Positions 60,960 through 64,000 of a stretch of 64,000 nt of DNA are shown piece by piece (position 1 is the first letter of the stretch; each line of letters opens with the position of its first letter). Source of the stretch: an uncultured delta proteobacterium (GTDB lineage: Bacteria; Desulfobacterota; Binatia; UBA9968); contig CAWDPO010000002.1 in NCBI GenBank assembly GCA_963804165.1, forward strand, positions 128,001 to 192,000, given 5' to 3'. Both the position numbers and the translations under genes were made by a program. The notes beneath the pieces are model-generated. The model was not told the DNA's origin and did no database searches. It saw only the letters and a list, made by a program, of their open reading frames with translations.

Positions 60960-61130
60960 GTTTCGGTCACCCAAATGTTTTTGTCGCGGTCTGGTTCCCG
61001 AATCGCCTGGGTTCCCGCTTGAGACATGCGGGAATGAACGGACATGGCCGCGGCAATTTCATCAATGTATATCAACGTGCGGAGGCATTGATCGAATCTT
61101 GCGAAAAACACTTTTGCATCAGTCACCTTG

Positions 61131-61621
61131 TCACGACGCCTGCGAATCTTCCATCACTTTCAATTCAAACTTCCCATCCTTGTCTTGACCGATCTTCTTC
61201 TGTTCATATAAGCGCGCCACAGCGCTTGCGACCGTTTTGTAATCCGCCTTAGGAAACTTTTCTAGGAGATCGGCGAAGAAGCAGTGGGATTTCTCCAACG
61301 TCGCGACAATTTTTCCCGTGAGGTCGTCGACGCCCTCTGACGGCTTCGCCGCGGCTGATTTCTTCCCGGCTTCGACTGCACCGAGATAATTTTTCAAATC
61401 CACTTTCCCCTGATTAAAATAAACGATCCGCTTGTAGCGCTCGGCAGGAATATTTTCCGGAATCGTCGCGTCGATGCCCATCTTTGCCGTCGTGGGAACT
61501 TTGCCATGGATCGGCAGTGGCAAGGATGGATCGAGCGGTTTTGAGCGGGCGTTGGAGACGATGACCACGTCGCGGTCGGCTTGCACGCGGGTGGCCACCG
61601 CCCACTCCACGTCGACAGGAT
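61131..61621 (-). pseudogene. orphan 3' fragment of the ubiD-family gene (diverged duplicate of 62227-62697)
   Basis: Begins abruptly at ...[17 protein letters not shown]; near-identical to the 3' end of the full gene, with a different C-terminus. Confidence 0.9.
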
Positions 61622-61628
61622 GTGGAAT

Positions 61629-61657
61629 TTGATCGCTTCTCAGGACTGTGACAGAAT
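61629..61657 (+). promoter_or_regulatory. putative promoter of the TA operon
   Basis: TTGATC-N17-CAGAAT with TG extension, followed by GGAGG RBS. Confidence 0.45.
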
Positions 61658-61682
61658 TTCAGCCAGGCCGGAGGGGTAACTT

Positions 61683-61868
61683 ATGTCTAAAGCGAAAGAA
61701 GAGCTGACGAAACTGATCGAGGAGCAACCCGACGACAGTTCGCGCGAGGAGATCGTACGCGAACTGGCATTTCACGTTATGGTTCAGCGGGGGCTTGCTG
61801 ATTCTGACGTAGGGCGAGTCATCTCGAATGATGAAATGGCGCGGCGTATCCGTTCATGGCAGAAATAG
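61683..61868 (+). CDS. putative type II antitoxin
   Basis: 61 aa, PDDSS.EEI...RGLAD..GRVIS; overlaps the toxin start. Confidence 0.8.
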   Translation: MSKAKEELTKLIEEQPDDSSREEIVRELAFHVMVQRGLADSDVGRVISNDEMARRIRSWQK

Positions 61869-62149
61869 CTTGGACGGAAGAAGCTCTGCGTTGGCTCGAG
61901 GACATCTTCGAGTACATTGCCGTGGATAATCCGAGTGCCGCCGCCCAAACGGTCAACGGGATCTATGAAAGAGCCCAAACGCTGGCAAACTTTCCTGAGA
62001 TGGGCCATCGCTACTGGGCATCGAACCGCCCTGTGCGAATTCTCCTTTACGGCCACTACCGCATCGCCTATCTGATCAAGGACAATGGAAACATCGATAT
62101 CTTAGGCGTCTTCCATGGCTCCCTGGATATCACCAAGTATCAGCTATGA
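61856..62149 (+). CDS. RelE/ParE family toxin
   Basis: WTEEA..LEDI.EYIA.DNP.AA, FPEMG, YRIAY, ILGVFHG. Confidence 0.92.
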   Translation: MAEIAWTEEALRWLEDIFEYIAVDNPSAAAQTVNGIYERAQTLANFPEMGHRYWASNRPVRILLYGHYRIAYLIKDNGNIDILGVFHGSLDITKYQL

Positions 62150-62226
62150 TTGAACACGATCAGGCTAGTTCGAGTCTGGCCTAAATTGCTAAATAGAATT
62201 CACACTCGTCACGACCACTAACCCGT

Positions 62227-63796
62227 CTAAACCCTCAGTTCAAACTTCCCGTCCTTGTCCTGACTAATTCTCCCCTCTTCATATAATCGCGCCACCGCAC
62301 TCGCAACGGTTTTGTAATCCGCCTTAGGAAACTTCTCCAGGAGATCGGCAAAGAAGCAGTGGGATTTCTCCAACGTCGCGACAATCTTTCCCGTGAGCTC
62401 GTCGACGCCTTCTGACGGCTTCGCCGCGGCTGATTTCTTCCCGGCTTCGACTGCACCGAGATAATTTTTCAAATCCACTTTCCCCTGATTAAAATAAACG
62501 ATCCGCTTGTAGCGCTCGGCAGGAATATTTTCCGGGATCGTCGCGTCGATGCCCATCTTTGCCGTCGTCGGGACTTTGCCATGGATCGGCAGTGGCAAGC
62601 GATGGATCGAGCGGTTTTGAGCGAGCGTTGGAAACAATGACGACGTCGCGGTCGGCCTGCACGCGCGTGGCCACCGCCCACTCCACGTCGACAGGATCGA
62701 AGGCGTCGATGTCGTCGTCGACGATGGTCACGTGCTTGATGTCGGCGATGGATAACAACGCCATGATGGCGTTCTTGCCGTCGCCGGGCGCTTTCTTGAT
62801 CGACGCGACGATGTGCCAGTGGCAGCAGCCGCCGGGGGTGACGTTGATCGCCGTCGTCTGCACTCCTGCCTCGAAGAGCACGCGCCGGGCGGCAGCTTCG
62901 TAGATCGGCGCGCTCATCCAGATATTTTCCCAGGGCATCTGCAGCGCGTAATACATCGCGTCTTTGCGGTGCATGATCGATTTGATGCGCACGCGCGGGT
63001 TCATGTGCAGGCCGCCCATCAACCGGTTGAATTCGCAGAACGGTCCTTCGGGGTGAACCCAGCCCTCGGGAAGGATCTCCCCTTCCAGGACGATCTCTGC
63101 ATCGGCGATGCACGGCACGGGCACCGTCTCGCCGTCGGCAAGTCGCAAAGGTTCATTGCGCAGGCCGCCGGCAAATGTCAGTTCATTGACTCCCAGGTTC
63201 GCCTTGAAAGTCGACGCGACCAATTCGTAGGGATGCGTACCGATGGAGATCGATAACGGCAGCGGTTTCTTTTTCGCGAGCGCGCGCTCGGCGAAGCGGC
63301 GCATGTTGTTCGGCGTGACAATGTCGATACCCGTGATGTTCCTTTCTTTGAGCATCAGCCGGTACATGCCGGCGTTCATACCGAACTCGGCATCTTCCGC
63401 GATGACCACGCCGCCGGTGATCATCGGCCCCCCGTCCATCACCGAAAACACCGGCACGGGCAAGTCGTAAAGATTCACTTTCTTGCCGGTGACAATGACT
63501 TCTTTGACCGGCGGGTTCGCCACGCGCTTCGGCTTGATTGGCTTGTTCATCGCGTTGCCGAGCTTATCGGCGACGTTTTCGTAGGCGACGCCCATGCCGA
63601 GGGCGATACGCTTGCGGGACTGCAAGAGCCCGGAGACCACCGGCATCGAATATCCCGGCAGATTTCTAAACAGCAGGGCCTTTTCCGATTGCGCCACCAG
63701 CGCGGCGACATCGCGAAGGTCCACGGGCTTGGTGATTTCCAAAAGCTCGTCGTTCTTGCGAAGCGTGTTGATGTAGTCGCGAAAGCTAGCTTTCAT
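62227..63796 (-). CDS. UbiD-family (prFMN) decarboxylase (1-nt frameshift near 62600)
   Basis: [45 protein letters not shown]. Confidence 0.93.
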
Positions 63797-63884
63797 CTCG
63801 TATCTCCCTGCCGCAACCAAATTTTCTCGGCGACCTTTAGCACGCCGATTCCGCGAGTATCCAATTCCGGAGAAGATCATTCAA

Positions 63885-63957
63885 CCGCGAAGAATGCAAA
63901 GTTCGAAAACAAATTTCGTGGTGGTCTTCGTATCCTTCGTAGCCTCATCTTTCGCGA
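63885..63957. repeat. degenerate inverted 9-mer array
   Basis: ccgcgaagaatgcaaag ... cttcgtatc cttcgtagc ... ctttcgcg. Confidence 0.35.
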
Positions 63958-64000
63958 AAGTAACGCCCTGTGTTATAAACGCGATGATAAACTGACACTC

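Noticed and set aside
60941-61126. 61-aa ORF after the orphan ubiD fragment
   Set aside because: No recognisable motif and it overlaps the convergent lipoprotein gene; cannot be supported

Overview
GC-rich bacterial chromosome segment with no rRNA, tRNA or CRISPR array. The gene content (many stand-alone NitT/TauT-type binding proteins, amidohydrolase-2, VOC, extradiol dioxygenase, UbiD, Mo-hydroxylase) resembles Candidatus Binatia/Deltaproteobacteria-like genomes; this taxonomy is inference only. Many genes, including the essential aspS, carry 1-nt frameshifts, most likely uncorrected long-read errors. Housekeeping genes: Rrf2-sufC-sufD, def, cofH, hisS-aspS, ppk2, aapJQM, hsp20-lon, pal. 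Catabolic genes: VOC/diiron oxidase/3-hydroxyanthranilate dioxygenase, and allantoinase/A-T didomain/racemase/coxMLS-like. Most notable: (1) an accessory block at about 24-34 kb with a FecR-TPR-beta-barrel (NsrA-like) receptor and a CHASE2 class III cyclase whose specificity residues (Glu/Gly) point to guanylate cyclase activity, converging on a DyP peroxidase and a small protein; (2) a four-helix-bundle gene bracketed by inverted 8-bp repeat arrays inside an operon, with gene-less 7-9-mer arrays elsewhere; (3) a RelE/ParE toxin-antitoxin module between two diverged copies of the ubiD 3' end; (4) nested MITEs; (5) a candidate structured RNA; (6) several enzymes with substituted catalytic residues.
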